From Promethearchaeota archaeon (GTDB lineage: Archaea > Asgardarchaeota > Lokiarchaeia > Sigyniarchaeales > SOKP01), in the NCBI GenBank assembly GCA_019057865.1, contig JAHLWP010000007.1:64001-128000 (forward strand): a stretch of 64,000 nt of DNA, given 5' to 3'. The stretch's first letter is position 1. Each line of letters starts with the position of its first letter. The position numbers were made by a program, and so were the translations under genes. The notes beneath the pieces are model-generated. The model was given only the letters and a program-made list of their open reading frames with translations, was not told the origin of the DNA and did no database searches. Positions 20,918-31,281 of this stretch are shown here, piece by piece.

Positions 20918-21727
20918 ATGCAACAAGATCAACTTATAATTTTAGGGTCTGGTGGCGGGAGGCATCATATAAGGACTCAACATCGAGCAACTGGAGGCAT
21001 TCTTTATAAATTTAATGGGATTCAATCTCATATAGACCCTGGACCAGGAGCAATTGTGCGAATCAATCAATATAAAGAAGATCCCCTTAAAACAGAATTA
21101 TTTATTGTGACCCATGCTCATGTTGATCATTTTAATGATTTAAGCGCTTTAATTGAGAGTTCTAGGGAAATATTGCATGATAAAAATTATAATTATTTCA
21201 AAAAAGGGATCTTAATTACTACAAATGAAGTGCTTAAGCTAATGTCTAATTATCACCTAAATATGCTTGAAAAGATAATCTCTTTTAAAGCTGGAAGCAA
21301 ATATAATTACAAAGATATTGAAATTAGGGGGACTAAAGTCGTTCATTCCCCCAATAACGAAGGATTTGGTGTAATTTTTAAACTAAAAAATTATTCATTA
21401 GCATTTGCAAGTGATACTATGGTATATGACAGTTTTTCTGAACAATATTCGCGAGTAAATATTCTAATTCTTAACTTATTAAGACCAAATTCCGTTACTT
21501 GTAAGAGGCACTTATGTACTGATGAAGTAATCCCATATTTAAATAAAATTGTCCCTCCTCTTAATGGATTAGTTATAACTCATTTTGGTTCTTATATGGA
21601 TGGACCAAGATCTCCTAAAAATTTTGTTCCAAGTCAAGTCAAAAAGCTAAAAGAGAAAACTACCATTAAAAATATTATCGCTGCTGAGGATGGATTAAAA
21701 ATCAAAATTGCTTCTCTATTAGAATAA
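20918..21727 (+). CDS. Metallo-beta-lactamase-fold hydrolase (PhnP/RNase Z-like)
   Basis: LGSGGG, IDPGPG, THAHVDH, later SDT, RHL and THF motifs. Confidence 0.85.
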   Translation: MQQDQLIILGSGGGRHHIRTQHRATGGILYKFNGIQSHIDPGPGAIVRINQYKEDPLKTELFIVTHAHVDHFNDLSALIESSREILHDKNYNYFKKGILITTNEVLKLMSNYHLNMLEKIISFKAGSKYNYKDIEIRGTKVVHSPNNEGFGVIFKLKNYSLAFASDTMVYDSFSEQYSRVNILILNLLRPNSVTCKRHLCTDEVIPYLNKIVPPLNGLVITHFGSYMDGPRSPKNFVPSQVKKLKEKTTIKNIIAAEDGLKIKIASLLE

Positions 21728-21848
21728 AATTAAATCCTCCTTCTTTAGGTAAAACTAATAATTCTAAACTTAGTATGTTCTCGATATTGAAACATAAATA
21801 ATTAATAATCACATTATTTTTATAAGAGGATATACCTATATATTCTAG

Positions 21849-21970
21849 GAAGGGAAATAAAAAACAAGATAATTTGAGCTAACATTGGATTTCGCCCTCT
21901 ATTAAACTCTTTGATGAGTTTAATTCTCTCCCTGATTTTTTTCTAATTGCTCGAATTTCTTCTTCCCTTC
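21849..21970. repeat. Nested imperfect inverted repeat (~120 nt); candidate structured RNA or decayed MITE
   Basis: GAAGGGAA(21849)/TTCCCTTC(21963); AATTTGAGC(21871)/GCTCGAATT(21949); ATTGGA(21884)/TCTAAT(21942); ATTAAACTC(21901)/GAGTTTAAT(21916). Confidence 0.55.
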
Positions 21971-22088
21971 ACTTCTTTATATTTTTATTAAAAATAAGAT
22001 CGAAATAAATTTAACAGTGAATTTTTATAATTGGGTTATTTTCAAAAAGGATCAAATTAATATATAAAAAGAGCAGGAAATTAAAGAT

Positions 22089-22247
22089 TTATTCTAAAGG
22101 AATCCAATACCTACACACAATACATTGGAGTACCGTCTCAAATTTTTTCTCTTCAGAATTGTTATTGGCAATTTTTCTTGTTATCATTATATTACCGCAC
22201 TTTTTACAAATATATAATTCTTTTGCTTTTATTTTTTGTGCGGTCAT
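22089..22247 (-). CDS. Small Zn-ribbon protein, 52 aa (not in ORF track)
   Basis: MTAQKIKAKELYICKKCGNIMITRKIANNNSEEKKFETVLQCIVCRYWIPLE; two CxxC pairs. Confidence 0.7.
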   Translation of the reverse strand: MTAQKIKAKELYICKKCGNIMITRKIANNNSEEKKFETVLQCIVCRYWIPLE

Positions 22248-22481
22248 GCTCTATTTCACGAAAGTTACATTATTATGTTACCATAAATTTTAATCTAAAT
22301 ATTATAAAGGAGAATATTTCTTAATACCAACCCTTTACTTATAATATAGTAAAAATCTATTTATTTAAATTTATTCAAATGGTCTTCTAAGCAAAAATTT
22401 GTCGGATTTTAACATAAAGTTCAATAAATTCAATAATTTAACGAGGTTTTAGGAAGGAAAAGTAGCTTCAAAAATATCAAA

Positions 22482-23393
22482 TTATCTAATTTTTTTATTC
22501 TCTTCCGTTTTTAGAACTGTTATAAGGATTGCTACAAAAACTAAACCACATCCAAGCCAACCTAATATAGTCATTGTTTCATTTCCAATTATAAATGAAG
22601 CAAAAAGAACGGCAAAAACGGGTTCAAGAGTAAAAATTATAGCTGTTTTAGCAGGACCTTGATGTTGTTGCCCCCAATTCTGAAAAATGAATGTTCCTGT
22701 AGTAACAACTATGCCCATATAAATAATTACCACCCAATAGCCTAACTCAATTGATGAGAAGCTATATGATTCATTTATTAAAAAAGAACTTCCAAAACAG
22801 AATAAACTAATAATCAATAATTGAACAATAGAATATAAGTATATATCTATAAGATTTACAAATTTATCGTTCAAAATTATAAATATTGCATATAAAACAG
22901 CACATACTAACACTAAAATGTCACCAATAATTATACCTGCCTCACCTTCCAATAAAAGAAATGCCATACCAATTATGGATACAAAAACTGCAATCCATAT
23001 CCTTTTATTTAGTGATCGCTTGAATCCAAGCCATGCTATAAATGGAACCATTATTGTACTCAACCCTGTAATAAATGCTGCTTTTCCCGCTGTTGTTGTT
23101 TGGAGTCCTATTGTTTGAAATACAATTGCAAGAAAATAAATTAATCCAGTTATACTTCCCCATAATAAAATCCTTTTATTGACTTGTTTTATTTTGATAA
23201 AATATGGGAATAATCCAATAATCGCAATTAAAAATCTCAAACCCAGATAAAGAAAAATAGGAACTTCTTGGGTAAGTATCTTAGTTATTATAAAAGAAGT
23301 ACCCCATAGCAGTGTAGTTAGGATTAGTAATATTGTTGCAATTATCTTAAGTCTATTTGAAGTGAAAGAGCTATCTCGAATGACCATATCCAT
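22482..23393 (-). CDS. DMT/EamA family transporter
   Basis: LWGTSF, LRFLIA, AGKAAFITGL, IFTLEPVFA; about 10 TM helices. Confidence 0.92.
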   Translation of the reverse strand: MDMVIRDSSFTSNRLKIIATILLILTTLLWGTSFIITKILTQEVPIFLYLGLRFLIAIIGLFPYFIKIKQVNKRILLWGSITGLIYFLAIVFQTIGLQTTTAGKAAFITGLSTIMVPFIAWLGFKRSLNKRIWIAVFVSIIGMAFLLLEGEAGIIIGDILVLVCAVLYAIFIILNDKFVNLIDIYLYSIVQLLIISLFCFGSSFLINESYSFSSIELGYWVVIIYMGIVVTTGTFIFQNWGQQHQGPAKTAIIFTLEPVFAVLFASFIIGNETMTILGWLGCGLVFVAILITVLKTEENKKIR

Positions 23394-23892
23394 CTGTTTG
23401 ATAATTTATTAATTACAGAAATATGTAAAAAATAAAAACTATTCTTATTTTATTATGGAGATCTAATAACTATAAAAACTTACACAATAGAAGTATTTAG
23501 GACCAATACTTAAAGAATTTTAAATCCTTATTTTCATCTCTTAAAATAAATATGTTTATTCTTTTTTTTTTTCAATTAAAATGAATTAAAAGAATAAGGG
23601 ATTAATTTCTACTATTAATGCTTTAATAATTGACTGTATTTGAAATGATAATAAATCTATTAAAAAAATATATGATGAATTACTAAAATATATCGAATTA
23701 TAACTTAATAGCCTAGATGATTTCTAGATTTCGAATAGATGAATTGAATTACTCTTTTATAAAAAAAATTTTTCTTTAATTAAAAGATCTTTAAAATTAA
23801 AAAAATTTAAATATTTTGGGATTGAAATTGATATTAACACCAATGTTTTAAAAAAAATTATTTAAAAAATATTTAATGAGAGTTGAAAAAAT

Positions 23893-24363
23893 TTGGTAGA
23901 TTTTAAAAAAGATACTTGGTTATATGGCTTAATCGCTGCAATTTTAGCAATTATTGGGATCTTAGTTCCTGCAGGTGGCCTTGAGGTGGGTGGCGATACC
24001 ATATGGATATGGTTTGGCGATATAGTCGCTTATAATGCTGATGCTGATCCCACTTGGTTTGATCTGGGATATTTTGGTGGTAATACAGCAGGATTATGGA
24101 CTTTAGTACTTGCTGCAATGTTTGGTGCCTTATTTTTATGGTACGGCATTCATGGTATGAAAGGGATGGAATTCAAATGGGACTGGTTAGTTTACTTATT
24201 AGGTGGAATTGTTTGTGTCATCTTCCCAATCCTTTTCTGGGCTTTTGCTGCTGAAGCACCACTTGGAGCAGAAATAGTATTTGGTCCCGGTCCACTTTTA
24301 ATACTTTTTGCTGGAGCAGTAGCAATTGTAGCATTTGTGATGGACAAATTCATGGGCGAATAA
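23893..24363 (+). CDS. Four-TM membrane protein of unknown function
   Basis: TTG start; four hydrophobic segments; visibly higher GC than the flanks. Confidence 0.7.
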   Translation: MVDFKKDTWLYGLIAAILAIIGILVPAGGLEVGGDTIWIWFGDIVAYNADADPTWFDLGYFGGNTAGLWTLVLAAMFGALFLWYGIHGMKGMEFKWDWLVYLLGGIVCVIFPILFWAFAAEAPLGAEIVFGPGPLLILFAGAVAIVAFVMDKFMGE

Positions 24364-24622
24364 ACCCAAGAAAAAAACAATAATTTCTAAAAATTCTCTT
24401 TTTTTTTTAATTTTTCACTTAATACTTATAATTTAAAATTCAATTTCCTCTCCCTGCTCTATAATCTCTCTCTAACCAGTATCTTTTGACAAGCTATATA
24501 TACCTTATTTATGTATTAAATGCATATTTTCTCTATAAAATATTTATAATAAAGATTTATTATTGTAAATTAATCCCTTAATTAACTAGATATAACTTTA
24601 TTAGATAAAATAAGGTGATCAT

Positions 24623-24989
24623 TTGATTAAAACATATATTGAGATTAATGAAAGAATTAAAAGTGGCAATGTTATAGTAGTAAATGCGGAAGAAATGATA
24701 AAAATTGTGGAAGATAGCGGTATAAAGATCGCTGCAGAGGAAATAGATGTAGTTACAACAGGTACTTTTGGGTCTATGTGCTCAAGTGGTGCATTCTGAC
24801 CCCCCAATAAAATTTGATGTCATCATCGATGATGATAAATGTATTGATTGCGGTGCATGTATATCATTATGTCCGACAGACGCCTTACATTTCAATAGTG
24901 ATGATAGATTAGAATTTTCTTATGAAAAATGTATTGGTTGTTTATTATGTTTAGACTCATGTCCAAGGTATGCAATTGAAGAAATGTAA
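24623..24989 (+). pseudogene. Collapsed remnant: DUF39 homocysteine-biosynthesis protein N-terminus joined out of frame to a 2x[4Fe-4S] ferredoxin
   Basis: RBS AGGTGA + TTG 24623: [15 protein letters not shown]...[17 protein letters not shown] (TGA 24797); +1 frame continues HSDPPIKF, then CIDCGACISLCP...CIGCLLCLDSCP. Confidence 0.8.
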
Positions 24990-25025
24990 AGAGATATACT
25001 TTAAAATTTTTTTAGGGTTTAATTA

Positions 25026-26039
25026 TTATTGTTGAGTTATTATTTCAAAAATCTCATCTAATCTAGGTGTTTTTCTTCTTAAAGTAATACAGCGGTCTTC
25101 TTCACACCCTCTCAATATCGCAATTAATTCATTAAGATGAATTGTAGGAATATCTAATTTTTCTCCGTACCATTTCTTCATTTTTTCTCTATACTCTGGT
25201 TTACTTAAAGTGTATAAACATGTTGGGCAAGGCATTAATATAAAATCAGCATTAACATTCTCAGCACTTTTTAATTTTTTGAGGGTTACCTTTAAAGCTT
25301 CTTTAGGATGTATTACTAATTGACTAGCACCCCAACCACAACAACTTTCTTTTTCTTGATAATCTACAGGATTTCCACCAAAAAGAGTAATTAGTTCATC
25401 TAATTTTGTTTTATCTTTTAAATAATTTTCAGCAGTTCTTTTATCTCTGCTTAAATTTAAATAGTGACATCCATAATGAACAGCAACTTTAAGATTTTTT
25501 AAATCAAATTTTAATGAATTAAGAACTTCATTTCTAATTAAATATAAAAAATCCAAATCGTGAACTAGTCTTAGGTTTGGATTTTTTAAAACTTCATACT
25601 TACCTGGATAATTCTCAGTGTTATTTTTTTCTTTTAACTGATTTAAAATTTCCTGTGTTTTTTTTCTTACTTCATGATTATTTAAAAATTCTCGTCCTCT
25701 TAAGAGACTATTATAACATCCATTACAACTAAATAGAACTATATCTGCTAATTGGTTCATTTCATTTAGATTTCTTTCATTTATTGCAGCAAATTGAGCT
25801 CTTGTTATTAGATTTCTTTGAAAGAAAGTACCACTACAACAAGATTGATTAATACAAGTCTCTACTTTTAATTGAAGTTCTTCTAATAAATCATGAATCC
25901 CCCATCTTACACCGGGAAAATATTTTTCTAGACAAGCTTTAAATAAGCATAATTTCTTATCTCTGAAAAATTCTATAACATTATTGGGAAATTTTTTTTC
26001 TATTTCATCTAAATTTAAAGCTAAATTGCTAAATTCCAT
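25026..26039 (-). CDS. hdrB: Heterodisulfide reductase subunit B (CCG domains)
   Basis: Two CCG domains: QSCCSG/SCNGC and HYGCH/SCCGWG/PCPTC. Confidence 0.88.
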   Translation of the reverse strand: MEFSNLALNLDEIEKKFPNNVIEFFRDKKLCLFKACLEKYFPGVRWGIHDLLEELQLKVETCINQSCCSGTFFQRNLITRAQFAAINERNLNEMNQLADIVLFSCNGCYNSLLRGREFLNNHEVRKKTQEILNQLKEKNNTENYPGKYEVLKNPNLRLVHDLDFLYLIRNEVLNSLKFDLKNLKVAVHYGCHYLNLSRDKRTAENYLKDKTKLDELITLFGGNPVDYQEKESCCGWGASQLVIHPKEALKVTLKKLKSAENVNADFILMPCPTCLYTLSKPEYREKMKKWYGEKLDIPTIHLNELIAILRGCEEDRCITLRRKTPRLDEIFEIITQQ

Positions 26040-26054
26040 CTTAATTTTCCTATA

Positions 26055-26576
26055 CTACTTTTTCTTCTTACCTTTACTTTTATTTGATCTACTTGCTTTA
26101 AACACGTATTTTATGCGCGCAAAATTACATATAGTATTTAATTCCTCAATTCTTTCTTGTGATAATTTCTCGCCTAAAGGTTCTTCAACAACTATACCAC
26201 TTGTTAGAAATCTTTCAGCCATTTCTACATATTTTCTTAAATCATTATATTGAGGACCATATCCCTTTTTGAAACTCTCATTCCTAAGATTGATAATTAA
26301 TAACGGAATATTGATGTTATCTTTTGGGCATACACGGGTACATCTTTCACATAAATAGCAATACCAAATATCAGAATCCTTTAATACACTTTTGTCTCCT
26401 CGAAGAACTTTATTAATTATCTTTCTTATATTAAAATTTGAAACTTTTGATGCAGGACAATCTCCAACACATTTTCCACAAGATATACATTGAATTATAT
26501 TTTTATTTTCATCTACATCATCTACAAGTTCTTCATAAAAGTCCCAATTCCAGTCTGAATCAGAATATTCGTCCAT
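26055..26576 (-). CDS. hdrC: Heterodisulfide reductase subunit C
   Basis: CISCGKCVGDCP and IWYCYLCERCTRVCP; directly upstream of hdrB. Confidence 0.88.
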   Translation of the reverse strand: MDEYSDSDWNWDFYEELVDDVDENKNIIQCISCGKCVGDCPASKVSNFNIRKIINKVLRGDKSVLKDSDIWYCYLCERCTRVCPKDNINIPLLIINLRNESFKKGYGPQYNDLRKYVEMAERFLTSGIVVEEPLGEKLSQERIEELNTICNFARIKYVFKASRSNKSKGKKKK

Positions 26577-26737
26577 TATTTTACATTTTAATGATTTAAT
26601 ATTTTGTAATATCTCTTTCTATGAGAGATTCATAATTCATTGTAAAAAAATGTAAGGTTTTTTGTTCATAAAACAAGACTAATAATCCCGAAGAGGAAAA
26701 AATTCAAATTTAATAATAAAAAAAAAAAATAAATAGT

Positions 26738-27496
26738 TTATTCACTTTTTAAAAAGATTTCTTTCATCCATCTTGGTAAAAGAAAACCTCCATAAAATTC
26801 AATCGCACTTGTTATTAACAGTAACCGAACAATAACGACCAATATCGATAGAAGTGGGTCAGCAGGATCTTCAAAAACTGCTCCAAGGGAAGAATCTAAA
26901 ACTGCAGCGACTGTAAAAGTAATGAAAGCAGCACGGAGTAGTTTACCTTTCAATCGTACTTCCCGATCATCGGACTTAACCGATTTTTGAGCGAAAATAA
27001 CTCCAGTAATTAACATTATTAGGATAATAAGTATTAGATAGATTGTTATAAAAATGCCAAAATCTACTGTGAAGGGTCGTGTAGGATTAATTATTCCTAT
27101 TAAATCAATATCTATGAAAAACATAATGAAAAATGTTACTTCAAATATTAACGAAAAAATATAAGTTAAAAGTACTGCTATTAATTGAATCCTTTTATTG
27201 ATCATATCTGTATATGCCACCATCCAGCATAAAAGTGCTATTGGAATAAATACATTACCAATAATGAAGTACCATCTTACTGGTAAGGACTCCCCAACAA
27301 TTAAATTCATTAAGAAGCTAATAGAGTCAGGCCACCAAGGTAAAGAAACTCCTACCCAAGATAAACCCACTAAAAAATATAACCGAGATTTATATTTAGG
27401 GTATTTTGATAAAATTGCAAATCCTAATATCAATGAAATGATAACAAAGATTAAACTAAAACTACCTTGTAAAATATCTACTGGTTCGAGGGTCAA
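26738..27496 (-). CDS. Stand-alone seven-TM membrane protein
   Basis: Seven hydrophobic segments; no soluble output domain. Confidence 0.7.
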   Translation of the reverse strand: MTLEPVDILQGSFSLIFVIISLILGFAILSKYPKYKSRLYFLVGLSWVGVSLPWWPDSISFLMNLIVGESLPVRWYFIIGNVFIPIALLCWMVAYTDMINKRIQLIAVLLTYIFSLIFEVTFFIMFFIDIDLIGIINPTRPFTVDFGIFITIYLILIILIMLITGVIFAQKSVKSDDREVRLKGKLLRAAFITFTVAAVLDSSLGAVFEDPADPLLSILVVIVRLLLITSAIEFYGGFLLPRWMKEIFLKSE

Positions 27497-27579
27497 TAAA
27501 TTTCACCAAATTTTTAAAAAATTGCATATAAATTTATTGAATTAAAATTAACTTTTTAGCATAAATAGTTTTGCCTAAA

Positions 27580-28668
27580 TTAAATTACTTCATAATTTAT
27601 ATACGATGGGTGCCCCTCTAATTGATCTAATAGCAATTTAAGATGAGTTAGATATTCATCTAGCGAAAGAGATTGATTCTTATACCTTTTAGTTATTCTT
27701 TCAAATATATAAAAAGGTGTAAATTTAATGAAATGGACATCCGAAAAACTATAAACAAAACCCTTTGCTTCATAAATAAATTGTTTCTCAATTAGTTCCG
27801 TAAATAGATCTTGTTTATTATTTAAAATATTCAAGGATTCATCTACAGAAAGTCTCTTTTTTCTTAACATTTTTAATAATGAAAAAACATCTTTATCTAC
27901 TATTACCGTTTGTAGAATTGTTTTATTCTCAATATCTGTCACAGAATCATAGTTTATAAAAAATTCAATCAACGCTTTCTTATACTTTCTTAAAACTTTC
28001 TCTTCTATTTGTTCATTTGGCAAATTCTTAGGAGGAATTCGTGTACAAGAAAGATCCTTTATTAAGAAATAACATTCTTTGATTCCAGGGATATTCTCTT
28101 TAATAATTAAGTTCTCTTGGATGAAAGAAATTAGTAATAAATCAATATTAATAGTCGAGAATCCATATTCTTGCCTTAAAATATTGGTTAATTCCAATTT
28201 AGATATTACACCATTTCTTAGAATCTCTAGAATAGTGAATTTTATTCTATCTTGGAAAAAGCTAATTAAGTTTTCTTCTTCATCTAATTTAGAATAATTA
28301 ATTATAGTATTAAATGCCTCAGAAATAGCACGAGTAATTTTATTAGTATTGATCAATTCTACTAAATTCCTACTAATAATTGCTAAGATATCAGGAGAAT
28401 CTTTTATAATATTTTCAAACATATTTTTTTTATTATAAACTAAAACTATAAAGTATATTTCACCTTCAAATTTTTGTATAATTGAAGTAAAATGGTAATT
28501 ACCCTCTTCATGAAGGAATTCTATTATTGAATTTTCTTTATTTAATTCATGCTTAGCCCAAATTTTCAAGAATAAATCTTTTGGAGGAAAAGACTTTTCT
28601 GGTGGATATTGGATTATAGGTTCTGGACCTGTTGATTTATTCCAATAAACCAAAATAATTCTTTCCAT
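27580..28668 (-). CDS. Longin/uDENN-like N-terminal domain + winged-helix-like region
   Basis: IILVYWNKSTGPEPIIQYP start resembles longin/uDENN (FD..GP.....P); later ILEILRNGVISKLEL is wHTH-like. Confidence 0.55.
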   Translation of the reverse strand: MERIILVYWNKSTGPEPIIQYPPEKSFPPKDLFLKIWAKHELNKENSIIEFLHEEGNYHFTSIIQKFEGEIYFIVLVYNKKNMFENIIKDSPDILAIISRNLVELINTNKITRAISEAFNTIINYSKLDEEENLISFFQDRIKFTILEILRNGVISKLELTNILRQEYGFSTINIDLLLISFIQENLIIKENIPGIKECYFLIKDLSCTRIPPKNLPNEQIEEKVLRKYKKALIEFFINYDSVTDIENKTILQTVIVDKDVFSLLKMLRKKRLSVDESLNILNNKQDLFTELIEKQFIYEAKGFVYSFSDVHFIKFTPFYIFERITKRYKNQSLSLDEYLTHLKLLLDQLEGHPSYINYEVI

Positions 28669-28818
28669 ATTTAAATTATAACAATTATTCTATTAATTTT
28701 TATGTAATATACTTAAGATTACATAGTAATATAGTTTTGAATTAAATTAACTATTATATTCTAAATTATGTGTTTCCAATATTTTAAAAATAGATATGGT
28801 TTTCAAATAGAAATGAAT

Positions 28819-29070
28819 TTAAAAAAATTGAGGATAAGTTTGCTCTATTTTATCTAAAGTCAAAGTTAAGAAATTAAGTAAGTCCTTATTATTAGAAATG
28901 TTGATATTATCAATAACATTGTTTAATATTTGATTTCCAATTTTAATGTCATTCTCAGTAAATCCTTCTTTTTTATTTCTGAATAAATAATTGAATTCTT
29001 GTTCTAACCATATGAGTTCTTCTTTTATGGTATCTTCCAAAATTCTATTATAATTTTCATTAACACTCAT
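28819..29070 (-). CDS. Hypothetical small helical protein
   Basis: 83-aa ORF, ATG start, amphipathic helices. Confidence 0.6.
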   Translation of the reverse strand: MSVNENYNRILEDTIKEELIWLEQEFNYLFRNKKEGFTENDIKIGNQILNNVIDNINISNNKDLLNFLTLTLDKIEQTYPQFF

Positions 29071-29383
29071 TCTAAATCCATTCTGAAATTATATAATTAT
29101 TCATTCTTACTGCTTTATAAATTAAATAGTCTTCTAACTTATAAAATTTCTATGAATAACGTTTTTTTATAATAATGAAACGAACAATTATGAAACTCAT
29201 GAATTATTTATATATGAGATTTAATTCTTTAGTTTTTGTCTTATTATCCGATAGAATTAAATTAATTTTTTTTAAGAACTTACCAAAAGAGAGAAACGAT
29301 TAGGTAATATGAGGTATTAAATAAAATTAATATTAAATAGAATTAGAGATAATAAAGAAATATCATCGAAAAAAAGGAGGAGG

Positions 29384-30211
29384 ATGGTTAATATACCTAA
29401 AATAAAAGTTGACGATATTAATATTTATTATGAAATCTATGGAAATGGGGTTCCCCTTATTTTCATAATGGGACAGAGTGGTCATGTTAAGCATTTCAAG
29501 TCTTCTCTACTATTTCAAGACTTTGAAATATTGATTTTTAAAAAATTTAAGACAATAATTTTTGATAATAGAGGAATTGGACAAACAGATGATGGAGATA
29601 AGCAATATACCATAAAAATATTAGCTGATGATGTAGCAGGATTGTTAGATGCTTTAAAATTTGGGAAAGTGAATATAATAGGTTTTAGTATGGGAGGAAT
29701 GATTGCTCAAGAATTAATAATTAATTATCCTGAAAAAGTTGAGAAAGTAGTTATTGGTTCAACCCATTGTGGAAGACCGAAATATATCATGCCTTCAAAG
29801 GAGATCTTTTCTGGAAAATCTCCTTTCCAAGAAGGTGTATCTCCAGAACAAATAATAAAAAGCCAGATCCCACTTGTATATAACGAAGCTTTCATTAAAA
29901 CCCATCCGGATTCTATAGAGTCAATAATCCAAAACTATATTTCTCATCAAGTTCCTCTTGAAGTGCAACGTAAACAAATTAATGCTGTGTTAAGATTTAA
30001 GTCGCATAGAAGATTGAAAAATATTCAAGTTCCCACTTTAATTCTGCATGGAAAACAAGATCTTCTTGTTCCTCCTCAAAACGCAGAAATTTTGGCTGAT
30101 TTAATCCCGGGGGCAAAATTAAAATTATTTGAAAATAGCGGGCATGGTTTAGTTACTGAGCAAGCGGAAGCTGTCATGAATGCCATCATAGATTTTATGG
30201 GAACTCATTAA
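29384..30211 (+). CDS. Alpha/beta hydrolase
   Basis: FDNRGIG, nucleophile GFSMGG, GKQDLLVP, SGHG; strong GGAGGAGG RBS. Confidence 0.92.
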   Translation: MVNIPKIKVDDINIYYEIYGNGVPLIFIMGQSGHVKHFKSSLLFQDFEILIFKKFKTIIFDNRGIGQTDDGDKQYTIKILADDVAGLLDALKFGKVNIIGFSMGGMIAQELIINYPEKVEKVVIGSTHCGRPKYIMPSKEIFSGKSPFQEGVSPEQIIKSQIPLVYNEAFIKTHPDSIESIIQNYISHQVPLEVQRKQINAVLRFKSHRRLKNIQVPTLILHGKQDLLVPPQNAEILADLIPGAKLKLFENSGHGLVTEQAEAVMNAIIDFMGTH

Positions 30212-30378
30212 ATTAAAAAAAATATAATCTTTAGTTTGTGTTAAATGTAAAAGGAGTTACCTCATTAAATGGTTTTGTTAAAAATGATAACCTAACTTTA
30301 ATAGAAATTAAATTCTATATAATATTTATTTAATCTAAAATCTTACAATTTAGCACAGAAATGTTGGATTGATGAAGA

Positions 30379-30813
30379 TTGAAAAGAATTTCTCGAAAGA
30401 TAATTGATGTGTTTTCATTAGGACATATAGTATTTGGATTAAATATAAACTCGTTTTTTATGTTATTTTTCCAATTCAATATAACCTACAAACAGGGAAT
30501 TGTTTTATCACCATTCAGTCTTTTGGTATTTATTGGATGGGAATTGATTGAGCATACATTTGTTTATAAATTTATTTACAGTCGGGTTCTAAAAAATTGG
30601 TCGGAAAGCAAAAAAAACTCATTAATGGATGTTGTAATCTCTGAAACTACATTCTACGTAGCTTTTTTAATTTTATACGTTTTAATTTATAATATTTTAG
30701 TTTCAATGGTCAATTTGGCTATTTCATTATCATTAATCCCAATTGTAGTTATAATCATAATAAAAAGTAACAAAAAGAATTTTTTCAATTTTGACAAAAC
30801 TGGAAAGCCTTAA
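30379..30813 (+). CDS. Membrane protein (DUF2585-like)
   Basis: DxFSxxH...WELIE...ESxxNSxxD within TM helices. Confidence 0.55.
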   Translation: MKRISRKIIDVFSLGHIVFGLNINSFFMLFFQFNITYKQGIVLSPFSLLVFIGWELIEHTFVYKFIYSRVLKNWSESKKNSLMDVVISETTFYVAFLILYVLIYNILVSMVNLAISLSLIPIVVIIIIKSNKKNFFNFDKTGKP

Positions 30814-30892
30814 ATATTTTTGAAATTATTTATTTATTTTAATCTTGGGAATAATTTTTAGAAATATTATTAATAAAAATTACTTTACTTTC

Positions 30893-31066
30893 TTAATCTT
30901 CTAATTCTTTAAAATAGTATCTCGTGATAATCTTTGAAAGCTCATAGATAGATTGCAAATTATTTGCATTTATTGCATTTTTCAGCTTTTCATATGCATC
31001 AGATAAACTCATAACAAAATTTTCCCTTAAATTATTTAATGGTATTATTTTTTCTTTTTCATTCAT
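30893..31066 (-). CDS. Small hypothetical helical protein, 57 aa (not in ORF track)
   Basis: MNEKEKIIPLNNLRENFVMSLSDAYEKLKNAINANNLQSIYELSKIITRYYFKELED. Confidence 0.45.
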   Translation of the reverse strand: MNEKEKIIPLNNLRENFVMSLSDAYEKLKNAINANNLQSIYELSKIITRYYFKELED

Positions 31067-31281
31067 ACGCTACTAATTATGATTAAAAATAAAAAATGGA
31101 GATAATATCTCAATAATATGGCATATGCTAAAAAATCCAAAAATTACGATTATTAATTCTTGAATTTTTTCTGAAATTCAAGGATAATAAAAAAAAAATA
31201 AACAGTTGTAAGTAATTTATAACTAGTAATATAGTATAAATTCTTAAAAACTGTTATTAACTTAGTTGATACTTTAAAATA

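Noticed and set aside
21890-21920. Hammerhead-like fragments (TGATGAG, CGAAA) within the hairpin element
   Set aside because: The two motifs are on opposite strands and the CUGANGA core is incomplete.
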